Assembly: GCA_030770535.1 (NCBI GenBank)
Contig: JASVEC010000028.1
Coordinates: 372,001 to 436,000, forward strand
DNA: 64,000 nt
Origin: Batkoa obscura
Taxonomy: Eukaryota
Direction: 5' to 3'
Part shown: positions 12,360-28,601 of the stretch, piece by piece
Layout of the letters: every line of letters starts with the position of its first letter
Numbering within the stretch: the first letter of the stretch is position 1
Made by a program: the position numbers and the translations under genes
Notes under the pieces: model-generated
Database searches by the model: none
Told to the model about the DNA's origin: nothing
Seen by the model: the letters and a program-made list of their open reading frames with translations, nothing else

Positions 12360-12761
12360 AAATTTGAATTAGCATTTTACTTAACAAAACAATAATAATA
12401 TTATTACTTTAAAACAGAATTGGTACAAAATAAATCAATAAACCTAGAGTTCAATGGGTAAACTTTCAATCCAATAGTCACTAAAACGTCAACAAGAATT
12501 CAAATGAAAATTCCAGTGATTAATTGGTGCTAGAGAATAGCCAAACTTTAGAACATTTAGAATGTTGATGTAGAGTGTAGCCAATAAAAGGGTAAGGCGT
12601 CAATAAAATTAACGAATTGGCAAAAGATATGCTAAAATTTGATGAATGATGCGAAATAAGCTATTATTCTAAAATAGAAACTTGATATCAAAAAGACATT
12701 AAACATTTCTCAAGTTTATTTAGTTTTTATTATTATCATTCAGTAGTTGTCTTTTATAAAA

Positions 12762-14515
12762 ATGATTAATAAATTGCTTTATTTTCTATTGATCTTTTTC
12801 AATCTTCATACTTATTTAGCTAACTTTGAAAATTTGGTAAGTTTTCTTATTGAAATTCTTTTTACCTTGTACCACCCCTCCCTTTTATCTCATCAAAAGT
12901 AATTTCCTTGTTTTATAGTATCCCGGCGAACTTCGATGCAGTGGAGTCTATGGAAAAGACCAATTTCCAAGTGGCGAACAAGCGTCTATTAAGTTAAGTA
13001 TCAAACCTAAATTTAAAGATAGTTCTAAAGAAGGAGATCAAGACTTAAGTGCGCATATTGGACTTGCTTTTTTTGATTTTATGGATTTCAATAGTTTTGG
13101 ACTTCCATTGAGTGATGATCCATTGGTAAGATCTTAAAATTAATTTAAAATTATTTTTAATGTTGATTTTAAAGGGAGAAAGAAAATATTTATGTGATAA
13201 TACAGCTATTGATTTAAATTTGTGTAAAAAAGAAAATTTAGGCAAATATATTATTAATAATCCAGAAAACAAAACAACTAGTATACAAGCCCAATATATA
13301 TTAATAAATAAAGAGAATAAATTCACAGCAGAAGGAAGCTATTTTATTAATGAAACTGGATATAAATGTGTCACGGCTGATATTATTAATTTAAATTCTA
13401 AAAATGAACCCAATCCAGAAGATTTATTTATTGATTTTTTGGGGTTAATAGAATGGAATAATCCATATGGTAAATTACCAGCAAGTGAACATCCCAAATT
13501 AGTATTTTATGGGGTACTTAGTTTAGTTTATGTAGTATTTTCTTTAATTTGGGCTTTTTTATTATATAAATATTGGCAAGATTTATTACCTATTCAACAT
13601 TATATTACAGGTGTATTGATCTTTTTAATTGCAGAAATGAGTGCTAATTATGGTTATTTGGATAATTTTAATCAAAGCGGTAAATCCAATTATCCATTAT
13701 TAGTATTAGTAGTTATCTTAGATGCTGGTAGAAATTCATTATGTTTTTTTATTTTATTAATTGTCTCGCTTGGTTATGGAGTTATTAAACCTACTTTGGG
13801 TAAGTTTATATATAATTTATTTATTTTATGGAATTAATTTATTCAATATTATTTATTAGGTAAAACTATGTTAAAATGTCAATTATTAACATTAATTCAT
13901 TTCTTATGTGGTTGTTTATATGGTGCTGGTGCAATGTTATCTAATCCTGATAGAGTGGATTCTTATATATTATTATTTGTTTTACCATTATCAATAAGCA
14001 TGACTGCCTTTTATGTCTGGATATTACAAGGAATGGCAGCTACTATATTAACATTAGAACAACGACAACAACCAATCAAATTAAAAATGTTTTTAAGATT
14101 AAGATATACAATTGGTGGCTCAATATTATTATTATTAATGTATTTTATTGCTAATGGATTATTTTTTAATAAAAGTAGTGAGAAATCATTTATTAATGAT
14201 CAATGGCAAAATCGTTGGTTTTTAACAGACGGTTGGTTAGCTGTATTATTTTTAGTAATATTTACAGGTATTATGGTTTTATGGAGGCCAACCCCTAATA
14301 ATCAAAAATATGGTTTACAAGAATTGGCACAAGATGAATCAGCTGCTGATGCTTTGGATTTAGAACAAAGAATTCAATCGGAAGATAGAGGAAATAATAA
14401 TAATAATAATATGGAAGATAATAATAAAATTATTCCAGCTCATTTAGATGGTGGAGTAAATATATTTGATATTGGTGCAGATGATGAAGATGATGAAGAA
14501 AATAAGCAAAGATAA
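12762..14515 (+). CDS. PTM1: PTM1/TMEM87/GPR107-family (lung seven-TM receptor) membrane protein, 3 introns
   Basis: Signal peptide; WNNPYGKLPASEHPKL, DAGRNSLCFFILLIVSLGYGVIKPTLG and WRPTPNNQKYG motifs; GT-AG introns ~12837-12918, 13126-13174, ~13800-13859. Confidence 0.85.
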
Positions 14516-14579
14516 ATAAAATTTATTATAAAAAATATTTTGAAAAAGATGATTTTATTTTATTTTATTTTATTTTATT

Positions 14580-16996
<2,417 letters not shown>

Positions 16997-17189
16997 TGTA
17001 ATTTAATTTTTACTAATATAATGAAACAAACAAAATTCAATTCCAAAAAAGAAGATAAAAAAAAATTCAAACTTGATTTTTTTGAATAAAAAAACTTAAT
17101 TTCATCAATTCATTATTTTTTGATATTCTTTTATCAATTCAACATTAAAGATATTTAAAAAATAAACATTCAATAAAAATAATTAAACT

Positions 17190-17818
17190 ATGAATTTTAA
17201 TAATATCAATTTTAACCAAACACAACGTCGTTTAACTGAAGAGGAAAAAAAAGAAATTATTCAAGTATTCGAAATGTTTGATATTGATAAAGATAATTAT
17301 TTAGATATTTATCAATTTGGTGTAAGTAAATTATTATTATTATTATTGTATTTAATAAATCCTTTCTATACCCTCATTCACATCACATTCAACTAACTAA
17401 TATACTCTAACTCCTTTAATTATTAAATTTCAATTTAATTTTATTAATAATTGAATTCTTTTCTTAGATTGCTCATCGAGCACTTGGTTTCGAATTAACA
17501 AAGCCTGAACTATTTTCCTTATCACAAAACTCTTCTATTTTTGAAAATGGTAAAATTCCACTTTCTAAATTTAAAAATTATATGGAAAACAAATTAATCT
17601 CAAGACGTCCTGAAGAAGAAATTTCAGCTGCATTTAAATTATTTGATATTGATAATAAAGGTAAAGTAACTGTCGATAATTTAAAGAGAATTGCTCAAGA
17701 GTTAGGGGAAGATATTGCTGAAGATGAATTGGAAGCTATGGTATTGGAATTTGATTTAGATGGCGATAGAGGTATCAATGAAAATGAATTTTTTAATATT
17801 ATGAGGGCTGCTTATTAA
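17190..17818 (+). CDS. CDC31: Centrin (Cdc31/centrin-3 type), 1 intron (~17322-17467)
   Basis: EF-hands FDIDKDNYLD, FDIDNKGKVT, FDLDGDRGINENEF; RALGFE; NLKRIAQELGE. Confidence 0.9.
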
Positions 17819-17924
17819 TTTTAATTTATTAAATTAAAATAATTTATAATATATAAATAAACATAGTAGTTGATTTCAATTTTTATTTATTTAAAAAAAT
17901 TCCACATTCATATTCTACTTTACT

Positions 17925-19113
17925 TTAACGTCTACTACGATTATCCCTTTTAAGTTTACTCATTGTTTTCATTAGATTCGCTTGTTTATTACTCATTTGT
18001 TTTTTATTATTATTTTCAGGAACTCTATCATGTTGATTAGCATTTCTCATTTGCATACGAAATTTTTGATAGGAACCACTTTGACGAATAATATTCTGAG
18101 TCCATTTACTTACTAAAGATTTAGCTTGTTTTTGAACTTCTTTAGTAATCCGTGGACATATGGAATAAAACTTAATAATTCTCCCTAAATATGAGTTACG
18201 TAAAAACTCATTAGTGATTGGCATTTGTTCCAATAAACTAATTAATTCAATTTGGATATTTAAAATCGGTAGACTACCATCTGGATATGGTTCAAGAAAA
18301 TTACGTACTTCTTCTAATATACCAATTTCTAAAAGGGAATTATGATTATAGGTTCTATTAAGAAAATTAAAGTTAATTATTTTTAAATTGACTAAATGAA
18401 TTTTATTACTTCTTCATAATTTGTACTACCTTTGGTAAACAACTTAATTTATTTAATGCCGGTACACCTGCTTTAAAATCACTATTATCAGCATCTAAAG
18501 CAGCTCTCATTAATTTTTGTAATTCATCCGCTTCTCTATCCGCTTCTTCTTCTCTTTCCTTTTTTATTTTAGTACATTAGTAAAAATGAATTAAAAATAA
18601 AGATTAACAACTTACATATTGTAATGTTCTTTTACTTGATTTTTTAGGTTTACTTATTTCACCTTCTTCACCTTGTTGATTGGATTTATTTCGCTTCTTT
18701 TTTCCTTTTGGTTTGGGTAAATCTTCTTCTAACTCAGACAAATCTTCTTCTCGAATACCAGACTCGGGTATAACTTCAGTTTGTGGTTTACTTAATTTTT
18801 ACTTTAGTAAAAAAATAGATTAAATTTATATTATTTTATAACTTACTTATTTTTCAATAGATCAAAAGTAGGATCATAATCAACATCTTCTTCTATTATG
18901 TTGAGTTAATTAAATTGGATTTTAAATTTGTTGGAATTTACCTTCTTGTTGTGCTACTACTTGTGTTGGTTCATAATCTTCATCTTGTTGAGTTTCTAAA
19001 TTAGTTTCAACTTCTTGATCTGGGTCATATTCTTCTTGATCATAATCTGATATACTTATTATCTAATATATTATCTACTATTTAAATTTAAAATTACCGT
19101 TCTTATCACTCAT
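17925..19113 (-). CDS. IWS1: Transcription elongation factor Iws1/Spn1 (TFIIS-N domain), multi-exon
   Basis: PALNKL..L and FLEPYPDGSLP..NIQ, S.LGRIIKFY, A.SLVSKW motifs; acidic N-terminus. Confidence 0.85.
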
Positions 19114-19285
19114 TTTTATAAAATAAAAATAAAAAAAGATAAAAAAAATAAAAAAGTGAATTTTGAATTTTGAATTTTTATACAAAAATACGTACTAAAA
19201 ATAATGTTTATTGAAATAAAAATCTTCTTAGGTTGAAAATTTAAAAAAATGCCTTTTAAAATAAGCTTTATTTATAAAATAAAAA

Positions 19286-22200
19286 TTAATTTTTATCCAA
19301 CCATTCTAAAAAAGTAGTTTTTCGTTCTGATGCCTTTTGTTTATGATTTGGAGATGATAAATAGGAATTGATTTTAATATCTTTTTTTACTTCACTATTC
19401 TTAACTATCTCTTTCTCTTTCGTTGCTTCATTATATTTAACTACTTCCTCATCCTCTGTTACTTGGTTAGGTCTTGTTGTTTCATGTTTTAAGTTTTCAC
19501 TCTCTTTATTTAGTAAAAACTCATCAAGGCTACCACTATTACTACTAACGATTTCCTATTAAAAATATTAATATTTTAAACATAAAAATATATTTAAAAT
19601 ATTTAAAAATATACTTGGATCGAACTATTTAAAATAATCTTATTTTCGATATCAACTCCATCTTAATAAAAATAAAATATTTATATAATATAATAATAAA
19701 ATAATATTACTATAATCTTCATAAAGTAATTGAATACAAACAATTTCATTTTCATATTGTGGTTCAATAGTTAATTGAATGGCTTTATTATTTTTAAGTT
19801 TTTTAATACTAAATAAATATAATAAATGATCATATTTCAATAGTTTGATTAAATTACCTTTCTTTAATATGATAAATTAAGCGTTTATCACTTGATACTA
19901 TTATATGTGTATTGATGGAATAATTTCCTTTTTTTTCTTTAACTTTTTCACTATTAATTATTTCTGGTATAATCATTAACTTTGCCTTTGATGTTTTTGG
20001 GTATTCTTCAATCTAAATAATAATATTAATTTATTTACAAAACGAAATTAGTAATACTTTTGTAACTTGAAGATTAAATTTTGGTACTTGTTTAGCAGTT
20101 TCTATTAGCTATTTTAATTATGTTAATTGTACTTAAATTATCCTATTTTTTACTTGTTTCCCGAAAGGTGGATTTCTATTTAATTTCTACATAATATTTA
20201 GTAACATCAAAATATTTAACTATTATTTACCAATTCAATTCTTTCAGGTGTTGTTGAAGATAAATCATTCAAATTTTTAATTCCAATAGCATGTAGAGAC
20301 GTTGCATATTTTAATCCTAAAATATGTAAGTATGAAATGTGCTCTATAGAAATACCTATTTTTTCCAATTGAATTAAATTATATGGGCTATCTTCCCAAA
20401 GCTTCAAACTCATTGCTCTTAACCTTAAAAAATAAGTAAAAACTAGATTATTTAGTTAAATAATACAATTTGATTGAATTTTTTAGAGATATAGCATCTT
20501 TTAAATAATGTGCTATATCAATGATTCCTTTGTAGTATTAAATAACAAATATCTTCAATAGCATTGGTATTTTTACCTTTACATATTCTCTTACTTGAAA
20601 ATAAAATTGAATTTATTTCCGAAACTAGATTTGGATTGACTTTATAGTTAATCAAACTTACGTTCCCAATTGTACACTATTAATGAGTTATAACAATAAA
20701 TATGTTTATCAAATTTACCTGAATAATTAAATTAACTTTCTGATTAATCGTTTTTACTTTAGGTGGTTTTTCATTACTGATTTTATATTTTATTGCTGGA
20801 TTTTTAATATGTTCATTTAGATGTTTCTTTTCACCTTGACTAAATCGATACTCATTAAATTCTTCTGATAGTGATAAAATTTCCAACTACAAATTATTAA
20901 ACAAATATTTAAAAATATTAAAGATTACTAAATGTTGTATAGAACTATAGTTGAGCATATTTCTTATATTTAATATTGTTTGAAAACGTAAATAATTATT
21001 TGACATTGTAAACCCTATTTCTATTTACTTTTAATTTATGTCATTTCAATAACATTCTAACTAACCAGTGGGACACAATAAAGTCCCCGCCTTGTTTAAT
21101 TCAATCAAATTATTTTCCTTCAGTTTATTTAAATATTTTGTTAATATGACTATATTATTAGTAGATATGTATTATAAATAAATTAATACTTTCTAATTTT
21201 TTATTAGGCGGAATATCATGGTTTTGATCTTCTAACTTATAATAAGCTGTATTTTCTTGAATCCTTACATACAAAAAAGTTGTTTTGAGCCTAAAGTATT
21301 ATTAGATACTACATGTATCAGAGTTATCTATACCATTCAATTGCATCACTTTCGGTTCGAATCTTTCCTAAACAAAATTCTGCATTTAAATGTTCTATCA
21401 AGTTTTCATGTAATCTTTATTCCATTAAATAAGGCTTAAAGTATAAATTGATATATTTTTACCTGCTTTCAATACATTTTGATCCTTCTAGAAATGCATT
21501 ATAATTTTCTACATTTGTAAGCTCTGTCATAATAACAGCTACGCCAAAAGAGTCATACTGTGGCCTTCCAGCTCTTCCAATCATCTGTAGTATATCAATA
21601 GCCGAATACTCATTAAACTGAGAATTAATATAACCTATTATGATTAATATAGCTCAAATAGAATATATATACCCTTAGTAGATTTGATTATGACTAGATG
21701 GGCAGGGAGATTAACCTATGATATTATTCAAAAAAAGGAAATAAAAAAGAAAAATAATACCCCAACAGAGAGGGTTGAGGTTGCGCCTATGAATATTATA
21801 TTAAAATTATCATTTATAATAAGATGACTTACAAAGTGCATGAATGAATTTTTCAATAAATAAATTCTCTACAATTTTCCTATCTCCATAACTTAAACCT
21901 GCATGATGAAATGCAACTCCATTTGATATTAATTCTAACATATTATTATAGTGCTTCTTAAATAAAATCCCTTTACCTTTTAACTTTTTGTCATGAATCT
22001 TATTTATCATATAGCCTAATCTAAATATTATTAATAACTTGATTTGTTATTTAAAAAATACGATGAGTTTCTCTGATTAAATTTAAAATACGATTTCGAT
22101 AAATACCCTGCTGCATTTAAAGCAGATTTTCTTGTACTACAAAACTAAAAACATTATAAATGAGTGATATAATACTTTAAACCTACAATTAAAGTGGGTT

Positions 22201-23524
22201 CTCCATCTGAGTATTTTTTAATAACATCAGGTAACCTAAATACTATTAATAATACTCAAATGAATATTGATTGTTTAACTTATAATCTAAGTTTTTATCA
22301 AATATAAAATCATTTTTTGAGTTTTTTGGGTATCCAAGAACTTCTTTAATTAAAGGTACTGGTCGATATTCATCACCAAAAGCTTTAACACTAGTTAATC
22401 TTGTTTCTGAATTCGGAACATAATAACTCAGCCAATTAGCAATAGAATTGAGATTTGGTATAGTTGCTGAAACAACAATAGTTCGAGGATTGTATTTCAT
22501 AATCTTAGTTCTACTAACCTAGAATCAATTAGATATCATTCAATTAACAACTACATACAATAGCCTCCAAGGTTGGACCTCGTTTTTCATTCAAAAGGTG
22601 AATTTCATCTATCTTGAAATAACTCAGTAAACGTTTAAATAAATAAAACTACAAGAAAAAGCTGTATATATTCCATCCATGGATTATTTATTCTAAAAAT
22701 TAGAATGTATTTTATTTACATAGCAAGAATTACTTCTTTCTAGAAACTGAATCCCATTTTTCAGGAGTTGAAATACTAAAGGTTTCAATTAGTTTAGATC
22801 TTAAAAGTAAATTTACATTAGGCCATAATCACTTCTCATATCCAAATCTTCATAGACGTCACCAGTAAATTCGTAACCTAAAAAAGAGTTATATTCTTAT
22901 TTTAAAATAGGATAGTACAATTGATCCCAAGTTTGGTAAACTTCATTTTCCAATCATTGATTTTTTCAGAGCATAAGGCCTTATAAAACATAAGCATGTA
23001 TGAAATAAGAGTTTGTCATTTACTTTTGTTGGTGCTATATAGACAGCATAAAACTTATTATAAATAGATAACGCCTTGACTATAGCTAGTTCAAATATAA
23101 CTGTTTTTCCAGACCCAGTAGGAGCTTAATTGCCTTAGATTTATGATGAAGATGAAAATACAATGTACCATTAACTACTACATTATGGTTTGTATTCATG
23201 ATCTAAAATAGTTACAAGGGGAATAAAAACTATAAACTATTTACAACTTCAAAACATTCAGATTGCATCCTATTGAAGTACTGAAAGGGAAAACATGGAT
23301 CATAATGATGACCTAAACAGTAAAATAAAATAATAAAGGTAAGCTAACAAAAAAACCTAATTCAGATGGCTGACGTAAGCCTGAAACATTTGAACTTTGA
23401 TCAAATAAAGACCCTCTAAAAAAGTTAATATGTAAAAGTAAACTAGCAAAAGGTACTGATTTTTATTATAGTTGTTTATTAGATGATGATTTTTTGTCTT
23501 TTGCTTTTTAATCGGTTTTGACAT
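19286..23524 (-). CDS. MER3: Meiotic ATP-dependent DNA helicase Mer3/HFM1 (Ski2-like plus Sec63 domain), more than 25 introns
   Basis: APTGSGKTVIFELA, STPEKWDS, DEIH, SATIPN, FGDEYRPVPL, VAFHHAGL, ATSTLSVGVNLPAHLVIIKST, QMIGRAGRPQYD, LIEHLNAE, WLKTTFLYVRI. Confidence 0.88.
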
Positions 23525-23868
23525 TATTTTTTATAAATAAAAGCATAGAAGTAAACTTATTTCCTATTTATATCATACTTAACTAAGCACTGGGATACTT
23601 CAAAATTATGCATTTTTTTAAAACCAAGCAATCCAAAAAATATTATACCATTCCACATAGTTATCCCATATTATGTAGCTCAACCTATATCCTAATAAAA
23701 TCAATCTATTTCTACAAGATTTAACCTTAACATTAATATTATTTAAAAATAAAAAACCATGCATTATAAAATAGACATAAAGCTTAAATTAACTAATTGA
23801 ACGTTAAATATTTATAGAGCCCATATTTCAATAAATTACCTACTTTTAATTTATTTTAAAGGGTCGGT

Positions 23869-24604
23869 TTAAACACGACGACGGTTGTTTTGACGGCGAG
23901 GGGTACGCTCGTAACCAACAACACCGCTGTTTGAAACGTGTTCGATTTGGGAAACACCTGGGATTTTATCAAAGTTAAGAGATTTAAGAAGATCCTAATA
24001 AAATGGTTGGCTTAAGAAATAAAAAAAAGATATAAAAAAGTACTTGAGTTTCGGCATCGACAGCAATAGTTCCAATGTCAAGAGCAGATACTTCTGGAAC
24101 GTAGTTATCTTTACGTTCACGTTCTTCTTCTTGAAGTTTGAAAGAGATACCACGAACTGGTCCTCTTTGAATACGTTTCATTAAATGGGTGGTGAATCCA
24201 GCAATCTTGTTACGAAGACGCTTGGAAGCAATGATAGCAACTTCACCGCAGATCTTCTTGTTAGTTTGGAAATCTAAAGTAAGACGAGGATAGTACTTTT
24301 CAATAAGTACACGAGAAGCTTTCTTAACAGTCTTAGTACGTACACGACCCTAATTTCCATTTGATTTTAGTTAATTCGATTCAAATTCTTTCGGATTTTC
24401 AAGTTGTGTATCTATAATATTTTTGTGCATGATTCATGTAGGATATTAAGTTGGATGTATACATATATATATTTGATTCCAAATCTTTTTTATGATTTTC
24501 TTCTTTTATATCTTTTTTTATAAATTTAGTTGACTTCGTTGTATCCTTTTATCTCCAATTTTCTATTTTAGATATGCTTTCCATAATGTTTAATATATTA
24601 CCAT
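23869..24604 (-). CDS. RPS17: 40S ribosomal protein S17 (eS17); ATG-only first exon, 2 introns
   Basis: [32 protein letters not shown]...[35 protein letters not shown]. Confidence 0.97.
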
Positions 24605-24866
24605 ATTGATGACTTAGGTTTCCTTTAAACGTTTAATGGAGAGGAGGATATAAAGGCCCAATGGCTAGTCACAGAAAAAGAACGCTTCTTCGATCAATCT
24701 CGATTTCTATTTGTTAATTTATTTTTTTAGGTAAGTTTTGGCTTTGTTAATGATTTAACTGGCTTTACAAAATTATAAAAAGTACACAGTGTAGCTGATT
24801 GGCTTAATTTTTCCATTTCATTTCAAATATTAAATAACTTTTATTTATTTTTTATTTATTTTAATA

Positions 24867-26039
24867 ATGGATCAAGATTTAACTGGGATTGAATGGAGAT
24901 ATTCTGAATGGCTTGCTGTAATACAATAACTATTTCAATTTAAAGAATCTAAATTAAACAAGGCTCATGGCTTAAACTCTGATAATGTCTTGGAGTATTT
25001 CAGTATGTCCCCGTTTTGGGATTCAACTTCTAATAATGCTGTGTTAAAAATGCAAACCAGTTTCAGTGGACATGAAGAAACTAAATCCACTTTAAAGTAA
25101 AAACTATCTAATGTTAACTAACACCATGCTAAACTGTTTAAGAAATATGGTAGGAGTTGAGTTTGAAATAGTAAAAGACCGTAGCCCTAATTTATACGTT
25201 ATTCAAAAACAACAACGTACTTCACCAACTGAAGGTATTGATTAGTCATTATAATAATATTATCTAAAAAATTAGTATTTCCTATATCTATGTATTATGT
25301 TCTTAATGGGAATATATATCAAGCACCAAATCTTTATAAAATATTAGCAACAAGAATGGTAATTTGAATCAAAATGCTCAAATAGTTACTAAATTTATTC
25401 AGGTAACTATGGTCAATCATTTGCATAGTAGTTTCAAGGATTTATGTAAATTTGCTGAATATCATCCAACTGGAAGATATAGATGGAAAATAAATCCACC
25501 TAAAGAGGAAGAGAAAGGTATATTATAACATGTATATTTATATATGTTCATAATACATCTATAGAAGCAGAGAAAGAAAACGAAAACGAAACAGAAACGG
25601 TAGAAATACAAAAAGTCTACGATTTTCAAAGCTGTATTAATCGAGCCTTTGCTGTTGATGGTATGGGAAAAATCCCACCAAAAGAAGCAATGAATAAAAA
25701 AGAAAATATGAAACAAGCAAGACTTCTAGAGGCTAAAGGTTATGTACAAAAAGTAAGCTTTTGTTATTCTAAGTATTTATATCTTAATCATGACTTTAGA
25801 TCAATGAAGAAAGAAAGGCTGCAAGTATAGTTTTTGATAACTTTAACGATATCGTACTAATTTTGTAGTGAAATCCCAAGCGTCTACACCAGCTGGTGAA
25901 GGCGGGAAAAGGCGTAGGGGCGATGGTTCAGGCAAGAAAAAAAAGAAGTGTAAGATATTAGCTTGACATTTACGTTCCAAAAGCATAATTAATATTTATT
26001 TATAATTTAATAGCAAGACGCAGCACACCAGCTCTTTAA
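24867..26039 (+). CDS. MED6: Mediator subunit Med6, multi-exon
   Basis: DLTGIEWR, NVLEYFSMSPFWDSTSNNAVLKMQ, GVEFE, YYVLNGNIYQAPNLYKILATR. Confidence 0.88.
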
Positions 26040-26161
26040 GGATTTGTCTAATAGCATACAGAAGCTGTCTTGTTTGTATAAATGTCATCCCAATTTTAAT
26101 TTTTTAATAAATTTTAAATGCTTGGTTTTAATTATTTAAGCTTATGGTTTTATAACATTGG

Positions 26162-26326
26162 TAGAACTGGTTGCATTGAGATGCCTTTGTTCTTCTTTAA
26201 TTTGATGTTTATTTTTTTCTAGCGAGTTTATGGATTATATTCAGCGCATTAAACCATGAATTCACTATAAAATAAATAAATACCAAATTAAAGAAAAACA
26301 AAGACATCTCAATACAACCAGTTCTA
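26162..26326. repeat. Long imperfect fold-back inverted repeat (arms of about 73 bp, loop of about 19 nt)
   Basis: TAGAACTGGTTGCATTGAGATGCCTTTGTTCTTCTTTAATTTG... pairs with ...CAAATTAAAGAAAAACAAAGACATCTCAATACAACCAGTTCTA. Confidence 0.85.
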
Positions 26327-26602
26327 ACTAAAGCTGGTGTATACTTCTAGTTTTAACTTTTAAGTATATTATTTAATAAAATTTGTATGGATTCATGTAG
26401 TGGTTTTGATTATAATCAATAAATAAAAATATCATTTTATTCTATTTAGTATTAAATAAAATAACTACGTATTAAAATGTCATTGAGTTTATGAAAAAGC
26501 TTTAGACTTTATTAAAGTTAGCAATTTGACTATCATCTTTAACGAGTAAAACAAGCACATAGTTCAAGTTTATAAAAAATAAAAGCTTATTTGGAAAATC
26601 AA

Positions 26603-27684
26603 CTAAATAGTATCCTCTTCCTCTATCTTATTATCGCTCTTCTCTACTTCTTCCACGCCTACTTCTTCCTTTCCAGTATATTTATTATTACCCTCTTTCT
26701 TTTCTGATTCCTTGTTTCCACGTTCCTTGCCTATCACTAGGAGTTTTTTAAATATACTTTTCCCTTTTTCTCTTCTGATTTTCTTCAATTGCTTTCTCAA
26801 ATTCCTTATCTTTCTCTTCAACATCAGATGCTGGGTGTAAAATTCGATTGAGAAAGTGTTCTGGGAATATATGAGTTGATTCTTGTACGTGATCGAATTC
26901 TCCAATCAATAGATTATAAGTGGTTTCATTCCTCTTCTTGATCCTTCTTAAATAATGACGTGCCATTTCTCCAAAAACTCCTTTTTCCAATCCATCATAA
27001 TACCTTAAAATCACACAAAGGTAATTGGAAAAAGTAGGGTTCTCATTTAAAAAATCTGAATATTTTAACATCCCTGGCTTTAAAACATTTGCAACAGGAA
27101 TAAGACCTCTAACTACCCCATCTAAAGCATAATTCATAGGGCCATAAGTTACAAGATAGATAAGCGAGAGTCTAGCATCAACCATACGGACATGGAATTG
27201 ACGAATATATTTGAATAGTATGGTTGTTGCCAGTCTATTTTTTACAGGATCAATACCACGGATTGGAAGATCAAAATCTCCTGCTAAGTAAGCTTCAAGT
27301 TTTTCAGGTGGGAATTTTCCAGCAAACCGTTTAATAAGTTTACCAGGAACTAGAAGACGAGGAACAGGAGCTTTAAAATTTTAAAATTTAGATTTTGTTT
27401 TGCCTTTGTCGCTGGATTCACCTTCCTCGTTTGTTTGCCCTTCTTTTTTATCATCAGAATTTAACCTATCGTTAAGGAAATCCTCCTTTCCATCTGTTTT
27501 GGGTGTTGGGATTGTTTCTTAAATAAGATAATACCCCAGGAGAATTGTTACTATTCAATCCCATCTCTGAAGGTGTAAGTGCTTGAGAGGGTGCTCCATT
27601 TCCTGATGGGAGCTTTAATCTAGCTATTGGCTCAGCTAAAATGATACTTGCTAGTAAACTACAAAGATAGAAACCAGTCTTCAT
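26603..27684 (-). pseudogene. Disrupted paralog of the 28602..29663 secreted protein
   Basis: Collinear homology across three frames; frameshifts near 27497 and ~26780; in-frame TAA at ~27381. Confidence 0.8.
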
Positions 27685-28297
27685 CTTAAGAATAAACTGC
27701 AAAAGTAAATGATATTGAATGATTTTAAATGTAATTTTAGATTTTCTTTGATCATCTTAATAATTTTAAAATTGAAGATTGTCTTTCTTTAATGATAAGT
27801 AATTTGTTCTTTTAATATTTTTAAATTGTTACAATTAACATTAATTTGAGGCTACTATACTATACCAGCCAAGACATTGTTATTTTTAGATTGATGTTTT
27901 GATTTTTACCATTTGTGAAACATTTTGTAGAGATTGCTATATTTAAAAAAAGTATTTAACGCTTAATGTACTTATTTCTTTTAATTAATTTTTTAATGCT
28001 AATAGACCATTCATCTTCTAATTTGAAATTTTTCTTGGAATTATTAATATTCTTAAATAGTTTAGTTAAATTAATTTCAAACGTTTAGATCACTATTTTA
28101 TATGAAAATTATCAAGAATGAAACTTACAATGTCTTAACTAAAATATAGTATATTTATTATTTTGTTATTTTTGTCACTGTAAAAAACATTAATTTACAT
28201 GAATAAAAAATAATCATAAGTTAATAATCATGTTCTGATTATAGTTAGCTAGCTTAATTTTTTTAATATATTTAACATCAAACTAATACAAGCATAT

Positions 28298-28396
28298 GGG
28301 GATGTATTTTTTTGTTTAAGAATTTTACTAACAATCTTCCCGCTGAAATAGCACTTAAGAAACGGAAAAAATGATGAAACAAAAAAAAACACCCTC
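28298..28396 (+). mobile_element. MITE family A, copy 6 (TSD ATAT)
   Basis: Consensus match. Confidence 0.9.
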
Positions 28397-28601
28397 ATAT
28401 GCTGGAATAGCTTTTAGATATTAATGTAATTTTATTAAATTTAAATTACATAGCTTTAATCACTACTTATAAAATAGTAATAGAGTTTAAAGTTTTGTAC
28501 AAAACTTTATACAAGTGGTAATTCGATCATAGTATTTAAAAAATAAGATAGTCAAAGTCATTTAAACTTATAAGAAGTTATCTTTATTTATAAAATTAAC
28601 T

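Noticed and set aside
24541..24549. GTATCCTTT, the U12 minor-intron donor consensus
   Set aside because: It is on the plus strand inside the minus-strand RPS17 intron, which has an ordinary GTAATA donor
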